Source of the DNA: a virus
Lineage: Duplodnaviria > Caudoviricetes
Strand: one strand, 5' to 3'
DNA: 64,000 nt
IMG/VR virus record: IMGVR_UViG_3300030330_003013
Location: 2,669 to 66,668 of that record
Position 1 is the stretch's first letter. Each line of letters starts with the position of its first letter. The notes under the pieces are model-generated. The model was not told the DNA's origin, did no database searches, and saw only the letters and a program-made list of their open reading frames with translations. This document shows, one piece after another, positions 35,711-45,154 of the stretch. Made by a program: the position numbers and the translations under genes.

Positions 35711-36034
35711 ATGCCTAAGAACCGACAATTGCAAGATGTAATAATGGGCCACCACATTAGAGACGGAGAAGTCGAAGCAACAGACCTCGCTTCAGCCGTA
35801 ACTGATGTATTAGCAGACTATGCTGTGGAAGTAACTACCGCTGGTGGTAGTGCTACCGAAGCACTAACTGTAGCCGGTGTAACTACTGCATCTAAGATTA
35901 TCGCAACCCTAAAGGATGACGGAAGCAACAATGTAACCATCAAGACCGCAAAGGCCACCGGTGCAAACACCGTAACAGTAGTGTTTTCCGGAGACCCTTC
36001 CAATGATGCAATCGTTGCTATCCTTGCATTCTAA
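35711..36034 (+). CDS. Small A/T/V-rich virion structural-like protein (decoration or fibre)
   Basis: Beta-rich composition; AT-rich TATA-like upstream region (TTTATAAA 35661-35668); converges on terL. Confidence 0.6.
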   Translation: MPKNRQLQDVIMGHHIRDGEVEATDLASAVTDVLADYAVEVTTAGGSATEALTVAGVTTASKIIATLKDDGSNNVTIKTAKATGANTVTVVFSGDPSNDAIVAILAF

Positions 36035-37536
36035 GGTCTGAACGATACAAACTTACCATTAGTGGTCGGATTACGAGGCGTAGCCTTTCCTTTCCAACTA
36101 TTAAGTGATACTCCCGCTGATACCATAGGGGTGTTAGAGGAAGAAGTAATGTTTTGGAATTGGTCTATTGCGTGTGCGAGAGCCATAACTATATCGTTAT
36201 GTCTTCCCTTATCAACAATTACTCCGCTATCCCAAGCGTGAGTTTCTAATTCTTGCAACAATTCATTTACTATTGTTCTCGTTTCATGGTCTCCGTAGGG
36301 GAATACGATTTTACCCTGTTCAAACCATGCTCGCATTCTCATTAGAAGACCTTGCTTTAGAACCCTGTTTGATACGGGGCTGGGTCTGTAGTCAATATTC
36401 GCACCCATGTTTTGCAACAAAGACTGATAGAGTCTTTGGAATCCAGCAGACTCCGCCGCAAAGATAGGGTTTTTGTAAGTAGTGCAAAGTCTAATTATTT
36501 CATGTGCTTGTTTGCTCGGCTCAAAATCATTTCTGCGCCATATATCAACAAGATGCAAGAATCCTTCTTTATCTTGTCTCATAACAACCATAACAGAATA
36601 GTCCTTACCTATACCATGCGAGGGGTCAAACCCAATAACATATCTGCCTTCATGTAACTTTTCTTTCTCTAATACAGATTCCATCCCTAAGTGTTTTCTT
36701 GTAAGGTGTTGGGGAAATACGGCGGAGGCATCATCAACTACACGACATAAATACTCTTGAGAGAATGCTAATTCACCCATAGCCTGTCTTTGCTCAAGCA
36801 AGAAGTTAATCGGTCTAAACTCCGGCCATAACGCTATGGCCTCTATTTCTTCGGGGTTCTTAGCCCATTCATCATAATTTAATACGCTTCCTTTCTTCCA
36901 TGAAGCCCACGCTTCATTTTCAAGCATTTCTGTGTGGTATAAGTCTGTAAGAGAAAGTGGCGTTCCAACAACAAAAATAGATGTTTCGGGGGAAAGCATA
37001 GGTGTTAGTTTTTTTCTAAACCATTGTCTAATATCATCATCGGTTTTATCGCCGCCATCATCTAACACATCGTCAAGAATGATTCTTGCGGGGTGTTCTC
37101 CACGAATAGCAGAACCAACAGACGATGCCTTAATCCATGAACCATTGGTTAGTTGCAACTTCCATTTGTTACTTTTAGACTCATCAATCATTCGGGATAA
37201 CTCCGGATGCCTTTTTAGGTCATCTTTGATTTCTTCAAGACGATTAGCGGCTAAGTCTTTGCTGGCGGAAAATAACCATGTAGTAAAAGGTTTGTTACGC
37301 CATCGTTCAAATAGCAGACTGTGTAAAGCCTTGACTCTTAGCGTGGTGGATTTGGAATGGTCTCGTGGTGCAATCAATAAAACACGATGCACACTTTTAC
37401 CCTGTCTATCATTGAATAGGTCAAACCATTCTCCTATATGGTTGCCCCATGTGTAACCCAACCATTCATAGAAGTGTTTATGGTCGTATCTGCTTCTTTG
37501 CAGATTAAAGTTAGTTAGTAAGTCATTTCCTTTCAT
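36031..37536 (-). CDS. terL: Terminase large subunit
   Basis: LIAPRDHSKST (Walker A), IRGEHP, IILDD (Walker B), VGTP, IGFDPSHG and DIVMALA nuclease motifs. Confidence 0.95.
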   Translation of the reverse strand: MKGNDLLTNFNLQRSRYDHKHFYEWLGYTWGNHIGEWFDLFNDRQGKSVHRVLLIAPRDHSKSTTLRVKALHSLLFERWRNKPFTTWLFSASKDLAANRLEEIKDDLKRHPELSRMIDESKSNKWKLQLTNGSWIKASSVGSAIRGEHPARIILDDVLDDGGDKTDDDIRQWFRKKLTPMLSPETSIFVVGTPLSLTDLYHTEMLENEAWASWKKGSVLNYDEWAKNPEEIEAIALWPEFRPINFLLEQRQAMGELAFSQEYLCRVVDDASAVFPQHLTRKHLGMESVLEKEKLHEGRYVIGFDPSHGIGKDYSVMVVMRQDKEGFLHLVDIWRRNDFEPSKQAHEIIRLCTTYKNPIFAAESAGFQRLYQSLLQNMGANIDYRPSPVSNRVLKQGLLMRMRAWFEQGKIVFPYGDHETRTIVNELLQELETHAWDSGVIVDKGRHNDIVMALAHAIDQFQNITSSSNTPMVSAGVSLNSWKGKATPRNPTTNGKFVSFRP

Positions 37537-37777
37537 CTGTTACACCTAATGGGTCGCCGCCTACAAACATAGGAAATCCGGTCCATTCTGCGAGAAAATC
37601 AACGAGAGATTCAACATTTGACCTATCGAGAATAATACTTGCAATTTCATAATCGTCTATCTCTAAACAGAATACTAAATTATCTGTATTATCTAACATA
37701 GTGCCTACTATAAACTCTTCGCAATCGGAAGTCCATGTTTCAGAAATTAAAAAGTCATCAACCATATTACTCACCAT
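37523..37777 (-). CDS. Small acidic hypothetical protein
   Basis: Tiles between terL and the phosphoesterase gene. Confidence 0.55.
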   Translation of the reverse strand: MVSNMVDDFLISETWTSDCEEFIVGTMLDNTDNLVFCLEIDDYEIASIILDRSNVESLVDFLAEWTGFPMFVGGDPLGVTDERK

Positions 37778-38960
37778 TTAATACACGAAGGGTCTCTAAC
37801 CCATCTCTCAAATCAGAAAAGACTTGAATGTGTCTTGCATCGGGGGATAATATGACTAAGGGGCAGGTTGCTCGTTCTTTTTGGAAACCAATCATTTCGG
37901 AATAACCATCTATGATTTTGTAACTTCCCGGCCTTACCGCCCATCTCTCAAGACCATGCCGTGTAAAGTTTTCAATAACGGGTGTATGGTGATGACCTAC
38001 TACTCCTATATCAAAATCGGACTCGCCATCCTCCCACATCTTCTTAACTACACGAGAAGGATTGATGTTTGAGTTACCCCTGCGCTTATGTCGTATAGCA
38101 AAGTTATACGGTATCTTACCGTTCATTATTCTAATGTTTAACTCATGGGGATGATACAGAATGTTTCTATCAAGCACTTGGCGGCTTAGTGGGTCGTAAT
38201 CAGTCATGCCGCTGGTCCATAGGTCGTGATTACCAGCAACTACTGCAAGAATCTTATCTTCAAACATTGATAGGTAGTGGTCGCAAAGTTTCCATTGAAC
38301 GCTCGGTGGAATTGTTGCTTTCATACTCGGTCGTGGTTTGTCTATTACAAAGTTGTCTATGAAGTCGCCAGCGTGTATAGCGTAACAGTTAGGAGTATTT
38401 GCAACTAATTCAGCATCCTCACGCATTCGCTCGTGGTCGGTGTATTTGTTTCCGATATGTTGGTCGCTCGCAAGAGCGATACCGAGATACTTACCGCCCT
38501 CAAATGTTATTTCAGCCCATCTTGCATTTTCTGCCTTTCGTATGTTTTCGCCTGTTGCGGTTTCGATAGCATCCCATACATCGGCTATTTGAGTCGGCTC
38601 ACCACCAAAAGTAGTAGTGATGAAGTTAGGTCGTTGCTTCTTTTTGATTAAGCCCTTAACCTTAGCATCATGTATTCTCATCTCCCATGCTTTCATTGTT
38701 ATTTCGGGCCTTCGTGCGTGTAACTCAATAGCAAGAGAACGCCATGTGCCTTCCCATTCATCGGGCAATTCTTCGTATGGGTCTTCTATCAAAAAGTCAA
38801 TTTCACCAAACTCATGTTGATACCTTTCAACACGCTTCTTCCATGTTGGGTATTTAACCGAAGGGTCAATACCATGCAGATACTTAGCAAACTGTGCGGA
38901 GTTTGGAAAAGTATTTGCAACTTTCAGATGTTCATTGATGAGGTCATATACTCGGCTCAT
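37767..38960 (-). CDS. Calcineurin-like metallophosphoesterase with duplicated N-terminal helical module
   Basis: SDQHIG, HAGDFID, VAGNHD, IRHK and VGHHH motifs. Confidence 0.85.
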   Translation of the reverse strand: MSRVYDLINEHLKVANTFPNSAQFAKYLHGIDPSVKYPTWKKRVERYQHEFGEIDFLIEDPYEELPDEWEGTWRSLAIELHARRPEITMKAWEMRIHDAKVKGLIKKKQRPNFITTTFGGEPTQIADVWDAIETATGENIRKAENARWAEITFEGGKYLGIALASDQHIGNKYTDHERMREDAELVANTPNCYAIHAGDFIDNFVIDKPRPSMKATIPPSVQWKLCDHYLSMFEDKILAVVAGNHDLWTSGMTDYDPLSRQVLDRNILYHPHELNIRIMNGKIPYNFAIRHKRRGNSNINPSRVVKKMWEDGESDFDIGVVGHHHTPVIENFTRHGLERWAVRPGSYKIIDGYSEMIGFQKERATCPLVILSPDARHIQVFSDLRDGLETLRVLNGE

Positions 38961-39018
38961 AAAATACCCTAACCATTACTGTGTTATAATCATTCTTTCA
39001 AAATGGATTCAATTATGT

Positions 39019-39165
39019 CCGGAAAAAATACAGGCTTGCAGTCTATCGTTTTTTTTATTAATTCTAATCACTATAAGAGTTTTTTTTAGGTTCTAATCTT
39101 AAATACCTTATAGGAAATAAAACTAATACAAAAACCGTTATACTGCGAGCCTGTAATATTTCCGG
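39019..39165. repeat. 24-bp imperfect inverted repeat flanking an AT-rich spacer at the strand-switch
   Basis: CCGGAAAAAATACAGGCTTGCAGT (39019-39042) versus ACTGCGAGCCTGTAATATTTCCGG (39142-39165): 4 mismatches. Confidence 0.8.
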
Positions 39166-39222
39166 AAACAAATAGACAGAAACAGAATTAAATACGAGTC
39201 TTGATAAATCATTTAATATATT

Positions 39223-39513
39223 TTGCGGAACATGGATGAATCAACATTAGCGGTAATGGCGAGATTGGACCTTGTAAGAGATGATGTTAGCGATATGAAA
39301 GTAGAAATGAGAGAACACACGAAGGCTCATCATTCGCATTCACAAAGATTGCTTTCCGTTGAAAATAGCGTGAAAAATATAGAAGAAAGCCAAGATATGA
39401 TAATGAATGGACCAATATACAGTCTCGATAGGTTCATAACAAAGCGAGTAGCGCAAGTAACAGGTGGGTCGGGAATCCTACTATATGTGTTATATCGTCT
39501 GATTTTGGGCTAA
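39223..39513 (+). CDS. Coiled-coil protein with C-terminal TM helix (lysis/holin-like candidate)
   Basis: Heptad-rich N-terminus; hydrophobic GGSGILLYVLYRLILG C-terminus. Confidence 0.6.
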   Translation: MRNMDESTLAVMARLDLVRDDVSDMKVEMREHTKAHHSHSQRLLSVENSVKNIEESQDMIMNGPIYSLDRFITKRVAQVTGGSGILLYVLYRLILG

Positions 39514-39545
39514 AGTTAATTAAATAGCAAATATCTGTCGAAAAT

Positions 39546-40940
39546 ATGGGTATATTCGATAGATTCCGGCCACAACCTAAAAAGCCGGAAATTGACTTCT
39601 CTCGTGCGTGGGCGGGTGCGAGACGGGCAGACTCCAGCGAAAACCCTTTGCTGGTTAAAGCCGCCGCCGGTCTAACAGACATAATGGAAAACACAGACAA
39701 ACTACGGGCTAACTCAAACTACGAGACTAAGTTTGACCGATATGACGATATGGTTAATTACGACCCCGAACTAAACGGTGCGGTTCGTGCAGTATCACTA
39801 ACTGCGAACAATTACACTATCAACTATCGAAACGCAAAGAACGCAACTATCCGAGAAGCAATCAGACTTTTAGTTGAAGAAACTCTTGACTTTGATGATT
39901 TGTTAATCAATGGTATGCGCTCACTAATGGTTTATGGGAACGACATAAACAAATTGGTCGGAAGAACAGGAGTAGGTATAGAAGATGTGCAATCATTACC
40001 TGTGGCTCAAATTACAATTACCGATGGAAGGCCAAGCACACAAACAACCGACAGACTAAACCCAATCATCGAAGCAACCGATTATATTCTTCGTGAAGGA
40101 GACTCCACAGAAGAAAGATTTAGCGCAGATGAAATACTACATATTAGAATAGACTATCGGAGTTATTGGTTTTTGGATAACGAAAACCGCCAAACATACG
40201 GTGTATGGGGTGCATCTCGTTTTTCCTCACTTGAACAGGCTATCCGTGTAAAATACAACACCATGAACCACAGATTAGCATTAGAAGAATCCATGACTAA
40301 ACAATTCATTACAATTGATAGGTCAGCCATAGAACACATATCAGACCCCGAAGAACAAAAGGCGAGACTCACATACATTATGGATGAAGTAGTAAAGACC
40401 CTTGAATCGCTACGAGGAGACCAAATACCTGTTTTCCCCGATTACATCAAGATTCACCACACCGACACAAGAAACACAATACCCGATAATACTTCGTTTT
40501 TGGATACAGTAAATGCAGATATTGCCGCAGTATTGCAAGTGCCGAGAGTTGCAGCGGGTCAAGAGCGGGGCTCAACATTTGCGGCAACCTACAATGCTAA
40601 TGTTTGGGCCTTGACTGCTATACGCAGACTGCAACAGGTTTTGGTTCAAGCAACAACAGACTTATTTTCAAAGCATCTTGAGTTATTAGGTATTGAACAC
40701 CAAAGAAAAGACCTTCCTCGATTAGAGTTTGAGCCTGTGGAAGACGAATCCCCAACAGTTAAGATGCAAAGAGCAGCACTCGGTTATAATGCTGGTATCC
40801 TTGACTTAAACCAATCATTAGAGATTTTGAACGAACCTACTATTGGAAGAAAAGGAAATGAGCGCAAAACTCAAACATCAAACACCACAGGAAGGTTAGA
40901 ACGCCGAGATTCCCAGCCCGGTGTTGAAGATGATTCTTGA
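39546..40940 (+). CDS. Portal protein
   Basis: 464 aa; LMVYGN, FSADEILHIR, YGVWGASRF and IAAVLQVP portal-like motifs; first large gene of the head module. Confidence 0.85.
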   Translation: MGIFDRFRPQPKKPEIDFSRAWAGARRADSSENPLLVKAAAGLTDIMENTDKLRANSNYETKFDRYDDMVNYDPELNGAVRAVSLTANNYTINYRNAKNATIREAIRLLVEETLDFDDLLINGMRSLMVYGNDINKLVGRTGVGIEDVQSLPVAQITITDGRPSTQTTDRLNPIIEATDYILREGDSTEERFSADEILHIRIDYRSYWFLDNENRQTYGVWGASRFSSLEQAIRVKYNTMNHRLALEESMTKQFITIDRSAIEHISDPEEQKARLTYIMDEVVKTLESLRGDQIPVFPDYIKIHHTDTRNTIPDNTSFLDTVNADIAAVLQVPRVAAGQERGSTFAATYNANVWALTAIRRLQQVLVQATTDLFSKHLELLGIEHQRKDLPRLEFEPVEDESPTVKMQRAALGYNAGILDLNQSLEILNEPTIGRKGNERKTQTSNTTGRLERRDSQPGVEDDS

Positions 40941-41415
40941 AAGTGTAATTTTGATAGTAGCATTGATAAGTCGCCTATCTAATTTTAGACCCATGAGGCG
41001 TAGGCTAAAAATGAGCAACCCGAATGAGTATCTAATGCTCGCCTTCGGATTTATGGTCGTAATTATGTGGGTTATGATTGCTGCTACTGCATCATATTAC
41101 TCAATCGTTGAAGAAAGAGATATTAGCGATAGTCAATTAACAGTTATCGGATTACTCGGTGGTCCAGCACTACTAATCATTACATCTGTTCTTGACCTAT
41201 TCAAAAGCAAAGAAGGTGCTAAGATTAATATTTTGCCGGACCAATTATCAAGTGATGTTGCTTCCGCAGAAGCAGTCGAGGGCCACAGCCGAATGCTTGA
41301 GGAAATGAAGTTAAAGCATGACCTCGACATGGAAAAGATGCAGAAACAACACAGTCTCGACATGGAGGCATTCCAAATTACTAACGGTAAGAAAGGCGCA
41401 AAGAAAGGTGAGTAG
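40921..41415 (+). CDS. Two-TM membrane protein with charged tail
   Basis: LMLAFGFMVVIMWVMIAA and LTVIGLLGGPALLIITSVL; likely start MSNPNE. Confidence 0.65.
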   Translation: MLKMILESVILIVALISRLSNFRPMRRRLKMSNPNEYLMLAFGFMVVIMWVMIAATASYYSIVEERDISDSQLTVIGLLGGPALLIITSVLDLFKSKEGAKINILPDQLSSDVASAEAVEGHSRMLEEMKLKHDLDMEKMQKQHSLDMEAFQITNGKKGAKKGE

Positions 41416-41417
41416 TT

Positions 41418-41723
41418 ATGGCTCTCACAATTAGTCTTGATACCGGAATTGGTGTATCGTTTAATACGGCACACGCAGTAATAAAAGAGTTTGTAATGAA
41501 CAAAATATATGACGAAGAGGGAAATAAATCCTTTGTTATTACCTATTCCGGCCTAATTTATGTTGATGTCGCAAAATATACTGCAAACAAAGCACCTGTA
41601 AGTGGTTTTAATTTTCAATTTAACCTTGATGTAACAGATGAAGCAGACCAACACAACTTGCTAAAACAATGTTATACACATCTTAAAACTCAAGATGGTT
41701 TTACAGAAGGAGTTGATGCTTGA
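41418..41723 (+). CDS. Small virion-associated hypothetical protein
   Basis: GGTGA RBS; beta-rich; C-terminal CYTHLK motif common in phage proteins. Confidence 0.6.
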   Translation: MALTISLDTGIGVSFNTAHAVIKEFVMNKIYDEEGNKSFVITYSGLIYVDVAKYTANKAPVSGFNFQFNLDVTDEADQHNLLKQCYTHLKTQDGFTEGVDA

Positions 41724-41859
41724 TGAATAGTATATTTTGTTCCTTTTGCACACTTGGAAATTGTATAGATTGTGAAATCATAACGGATGGTGAGTAAGTG
41801 GTGTATGACGGCCACCCTATATGGGTGTCCGTTCTCCGCTTTTTTGGGGTGATTATCTA

Positions 41860-42198
41860 ATGTGGGAATACCAAGCAGAAATCTTGCGAGTCGTTGATGG
41901 CGACACGGTGGATGCCCGCATTGATTTGGGATTCAAGGTTCATTACAATGTTCGTGTAAGGTTGCATGGTTTGAATGCGCCGGAATCACGGACACGAGAT
42001 AAAGAAGAGAAAATAAGGGGTCTTGCCGCTAAAGAACGACTTGAACAATTAGTCGGCGGTAAAACCGTTGTTTTGAAATCACATGGCGTAGGTAAGTTTG
42101 GAAGATGTTTGGGCGAATTAAAGGTTGGTTCAACAAATGTTAATGCTACGCTTATTGAAGAAGGCCATGCGGTTGAGTATTTTGGGGGTAAAAGATAA
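41860..42198 (+). CDS. Thermonuclease (SNase-like)
   Basis: RVVDGDTVDA, VRLHGLNAPE, GKFGRCLG and LIEEGHA; likely start MWEY at 41860. Confidence 0.9.
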   Translation: MWEYQAEILRVVDGDTVDARIDLGFKVHYNVRVRLHGLNAPESRTRDKEEKIRGLAAKERLEQLVGGKTVVLKSHGVGKFGRCLGELKVGSTNVNATLIEEGHAVEYFGGKR

Positions 42199-44693
42199 TG
42201 CCTACACGAAGAGAAGGTGAAGAAAGAGAAGACTTCATTTCCCGTTGTATGTCTGATGATAAAATGAATACTGAATATCCGGAAAGAGACCAAAGATTTG
42301 CAATTTGCAACTCTTATGCTGATGATAAAGCGGTTGAGGCTTTGCAATACGGAAAACCTAAAAAAAATGACCCTCGTAAAACTCCAGCAAAACCCAGCGA
42401 AAGAAGAAAGGGCTCAAAGAAAAACAAAAAGGATTCTGCAAGTAAGCCCAATAAATCTATAAAAATAAGTAAAGAAACAGAAGCCCGAATCCGAAAGTTA
42501 ATGACTGAAAGTAATAAAAAAAACAAAGGACCAAAAGCAAGCATGGGTATGCTAAAGTCTGTTTTCCGCAGGGGTGCTGGTGCTTTCAGTAATACCCATG
42601 CTCCTAATATGTCTCGCACAGGTTGGGGGATTGCAAGAGTAAAAGCGTTTTTATATCTCATGCGTAATGGAAGACCAAGTAATCCTAATTATAAACAGGA
42701 TAACGACCTTTTGCCTAAATCGCATAAAAGAAAATCAAACAGTAAGGCCGGTGAAGAAATGGAAGAATATGAAGATTGGGCGGTTGTTGAAAGCAAAATG
42801 GAAGATTATTTATTCATAACACCGGAAGGCGCACAAAAGAAATCCGAAGAAATAGGGTTTGATGGCGAAATCCACGAATCCACATTAGCAGACGGAACAA
42901 AACTATACTCTCCGGCAAAAACCGAAGAAGAGTTTATTGAATGGTATCGTGAAAACGACCCCGATGCGGAAGAAGAGTTAAGTGCGGCAGAATATCAAGG
43001 CCGCAAGGTAAAACTTAACAAACCGTTTAGAACACCTAAAGAATCAAAGAAGTTTGGCGTTTATACAAAAAATGAAAAGGGTAATGTTGTTCTTGTAAGA
43101 TTTGGCGACCCTAACATGGAAATTAAAAGAGATGACCCCGAAAGGAGAAAATCTTTCCGCTCACGCCATAATTGCAAATCTCCCGGCCCAAAATGGAAGG
43201 CTCGCTATTGGTCTTGTAAAATGTGGGAAAGGGGGAAATCAGTAACAGATTATACTTCCTCCGAGCAACATATTTATGAAACGGAGGAAAACTTGCAAAG
43301 CATGGGTTGTGGTTGTGGTTGTGATGGCTCAGATGATAAGGCTATTGCAGAAGAAATGACTAAAGATATGTTTAGCACACCCGAAGAGGCAAGAAAACGA
43401 GCCGAAGAATTGGGTTGCAACTCTATTCATAGCATGGAACAGGATGGAAAAAGAATCTATATGCCGTGTCGCACACACGAGGAATACGATTCTAAAAAGG
43501 ATAATGATAACACAGTCGAAGGTTATAAAGAGGGAGATTCTTGCCCTCCGGGTCAAGAAATGAGAGGTGGTTCTTGCAAACCAATAGCAGTAACTCTTGA
43601 AATTGATATTACTTCTATTGAAACCAGCGTTGTTGCGGAAGATGGAAAGTCCGTTGTAACAATAAAGGGTATTGCATTCCACGAGGGATACAACAAAAAC
43701 AGATGGTCTATTAGTGCAGACCTTGCTGAATCAGTAGCAAGTGCTATGATTAACTCGGATATTACACTAAATCACCCTGCCGTAAAGAACGGCAGATTTA
43801 CACGAAATATGGATGGCGGCGTTGATGAGGCCGTTGTTGGTGTGGTTACTGATGCTTATGTTAATTACACCGGAGAAGACACATTTGAAGTCCATTTCGC
43901 AGGTGATGTTCTAAGAGAAGAATTGTTTGCTTCTTTAGAGTCCGGACTTTGGTTAAGAGAAGGATACGGAGTAAGCATCGGTGGAACAGGTATTCCGGAT
44001 GAAACATTGGAAGCAGAAGATGGAAGACCAATGTATGCTTTCAATACTAACTTTAATTTCGACCATTTGGCTATTGTGCATAAACCAGCCTATGATAGAG
44101 CGAAAATAACTTCTGTCGAAAAGAAAGAGAAGGAGATTTCCGCTACGGTTATATATGGGAGAAATAATCCAATGGTGTCGAAAACAGGTGAATTACCTAT
44201 GAGCGAAGAAAATACAGTTATTGCAAATGAAGAAGACACTCACGATGTCGAGGCTCTTATTGCTGAGAAGGTTCTCCTTGAGGCTCGTGTTGCTGAGTTT
44301 GAAAGAATTGAGCAAGAGAAGGCCGAAAGCGAGCGCACATCTCTTGTTGAGAAAGCATCAGAATTGGGAATGAAGGGCCATGAGGACCTTTCAACAGACA
44401 CCCTAAACGGTTTGATTGCTTCATGGGAGGAATCCCATGTTGAGGAAACCCCAATTGTTGATATGAAGCCTGTAAAGGCATCAACACCGGATGAAGAAGA
44501 GTCTCCATCCGTTCCTACTGCAAACAATGGCGCAGTAGTTGCTAATTTCTTGAACAAAGAAAGAATTGAAACTCCCGAAGCAGATTATGAGAGGGCTTAC
44601 AATATGTGGGTATCCGCATGGAACAGAACCCTATCACGCTCCGAGAGCGACTTCCGAGCGAAGTCATTTGAAGAAGTTAGAGGTGATTATTGA
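42198..44693 (+). CDS. Prohead protease/scaffold polyprotein with multiple N-terminal accessory domains
   Basis: C-terminal half GIAFHEGYNKN...ITLNHP...VSIGG...DHLAIVHKPAY, then a coiled-coil scaffold; directly upstream of the decoration and capsid genes. Confidence 0.75.
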   Translation: MPTRREGEEREDFISRCMSDDKMNTEYPERDQRFAICNSYADDKAVEALQYGKPKKNDPRKTPAKPSERRKGSKKNKKDSASKPNKSIKISKETEARIRKLMTESNKKNKGPKASMGMLKSVFRRGAGAFSNTHAPNMSRTGWGIARVKAFLYLMRNGRPSNPNYKQDNDLLPKSHKRKSNSKAGEEMEEYEDWAVVESKMEDYLFITPEGAQKKSEEIGFDGEIHESTLADGTKLYSPAKTEEEFIEWYRENDPDAEEELSAAEYQGRKVKLNKPFRTPKESKKFGVYTKNEKGNVVLVRFGDPNMEIKRDDPERRKSFRSRHNCKSPGPKWKARYWSCKMWERGKSVTDYTSSEQHIYETEENLQSMGCGCGCDGSDDKAIAEEMTKDMFSTPEEARKRAEELGCNSIHSMEQDGKRIYMPCRTHEEYDSKKDNDNTVEGYKEGDSCPPGQEMRGGSCKPIAVTLEIDITSIETSVVAEDGKSVVTIKGIAFHEGYNKNRWSISADLAESVASAMINSDITLNHPAVKNGRFTRNMDGGVDEAVVGVVTDAYVNYTGEDTFEVHFAGDVLREELFASLESGLWLREGYGVSIGGTGIPDETLEAEDGRPMYAFNTNFNFDHLAIVHKPAYDRAKITSVEKKEKEISATVIYGRNNPMVSKTGELPMSEENTVIANEEDTHDVEALIAEKVLLEARVAEFERIEQEKAESERTSLVEKASELGMKGHEDLSTDTLNGLIASWEESHVEETPIVDMKPVKASTPDEEESPSVPTANNGAVVANFLNKERIETPEADYERAYNMWVSAWNRTLSRSESDFRAKSFEEVRGDY

Positions 44694-45145
44694 TGACTTA
44701 TCCACTACCACGAAATATTGAATTAGAAGACAGCACAGTTGTTTATGGAACAGGAAAGATTTTGAAGGTTGGTTCAACTGCTAACCACGCTGACCTTTCA
44801 ACCGCAGCATCAGTTGCTATCGGAATTACAACTGCTTCATCCAGCAGGTCCGGTGCAGACCACACACTTACTACCACAGGGGCAACAGTTTCTTACTATC
44901 CTCTCGGTGGAGTTTTGATGGTTCAATGTGCAGCGGCAGCCACTTTTGACTTTGGCGACACCGTATATGTCGGTGCAGACGGTCTTGCAACATCAACCGC
45001 AGGTTCTAATAAGAAACTCGGACTATATGTTGGCGATTCCGCACACGCCGCTACTGCCCTTTCCGCCCCACTTTCGGGAGACACCGCATCCGCAACAGAA
45101 GGTGCGTTAATCCCTGTTGATACACACGGAGCGGCAATTGCTTGA
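44690..45145 (+). CDS. Capsid cement/decoration protein (DUF2190-like)
   Basis: AIGITT...FDFGDTVYVGADGLAT...KLGLY; lies between protease and MCP. Confidence 0.7.
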   Translation: MMTYPLPRNIELEDSTVVYGTGKILKVGSTANHADLSTAASVAIGITTASSSRSGADHTLTTTGATVSYYPLGGVLMVQCAAAATFDFGDTVYVGADGLATSTAGSNKKLGLYVGDSAHAATALSAPLSGDTASATEGALIPVDTHGAAIA

Positions 45146-45154
45146 GGTGATTAA

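Noticed and set aside
39155-39172. TTTCCGGAAACA as a canonical archaeal ORB
   Set aside because: Only partial similarity to TCCAGTGGAAAC and no G-string; I kept only the architectural analogy.
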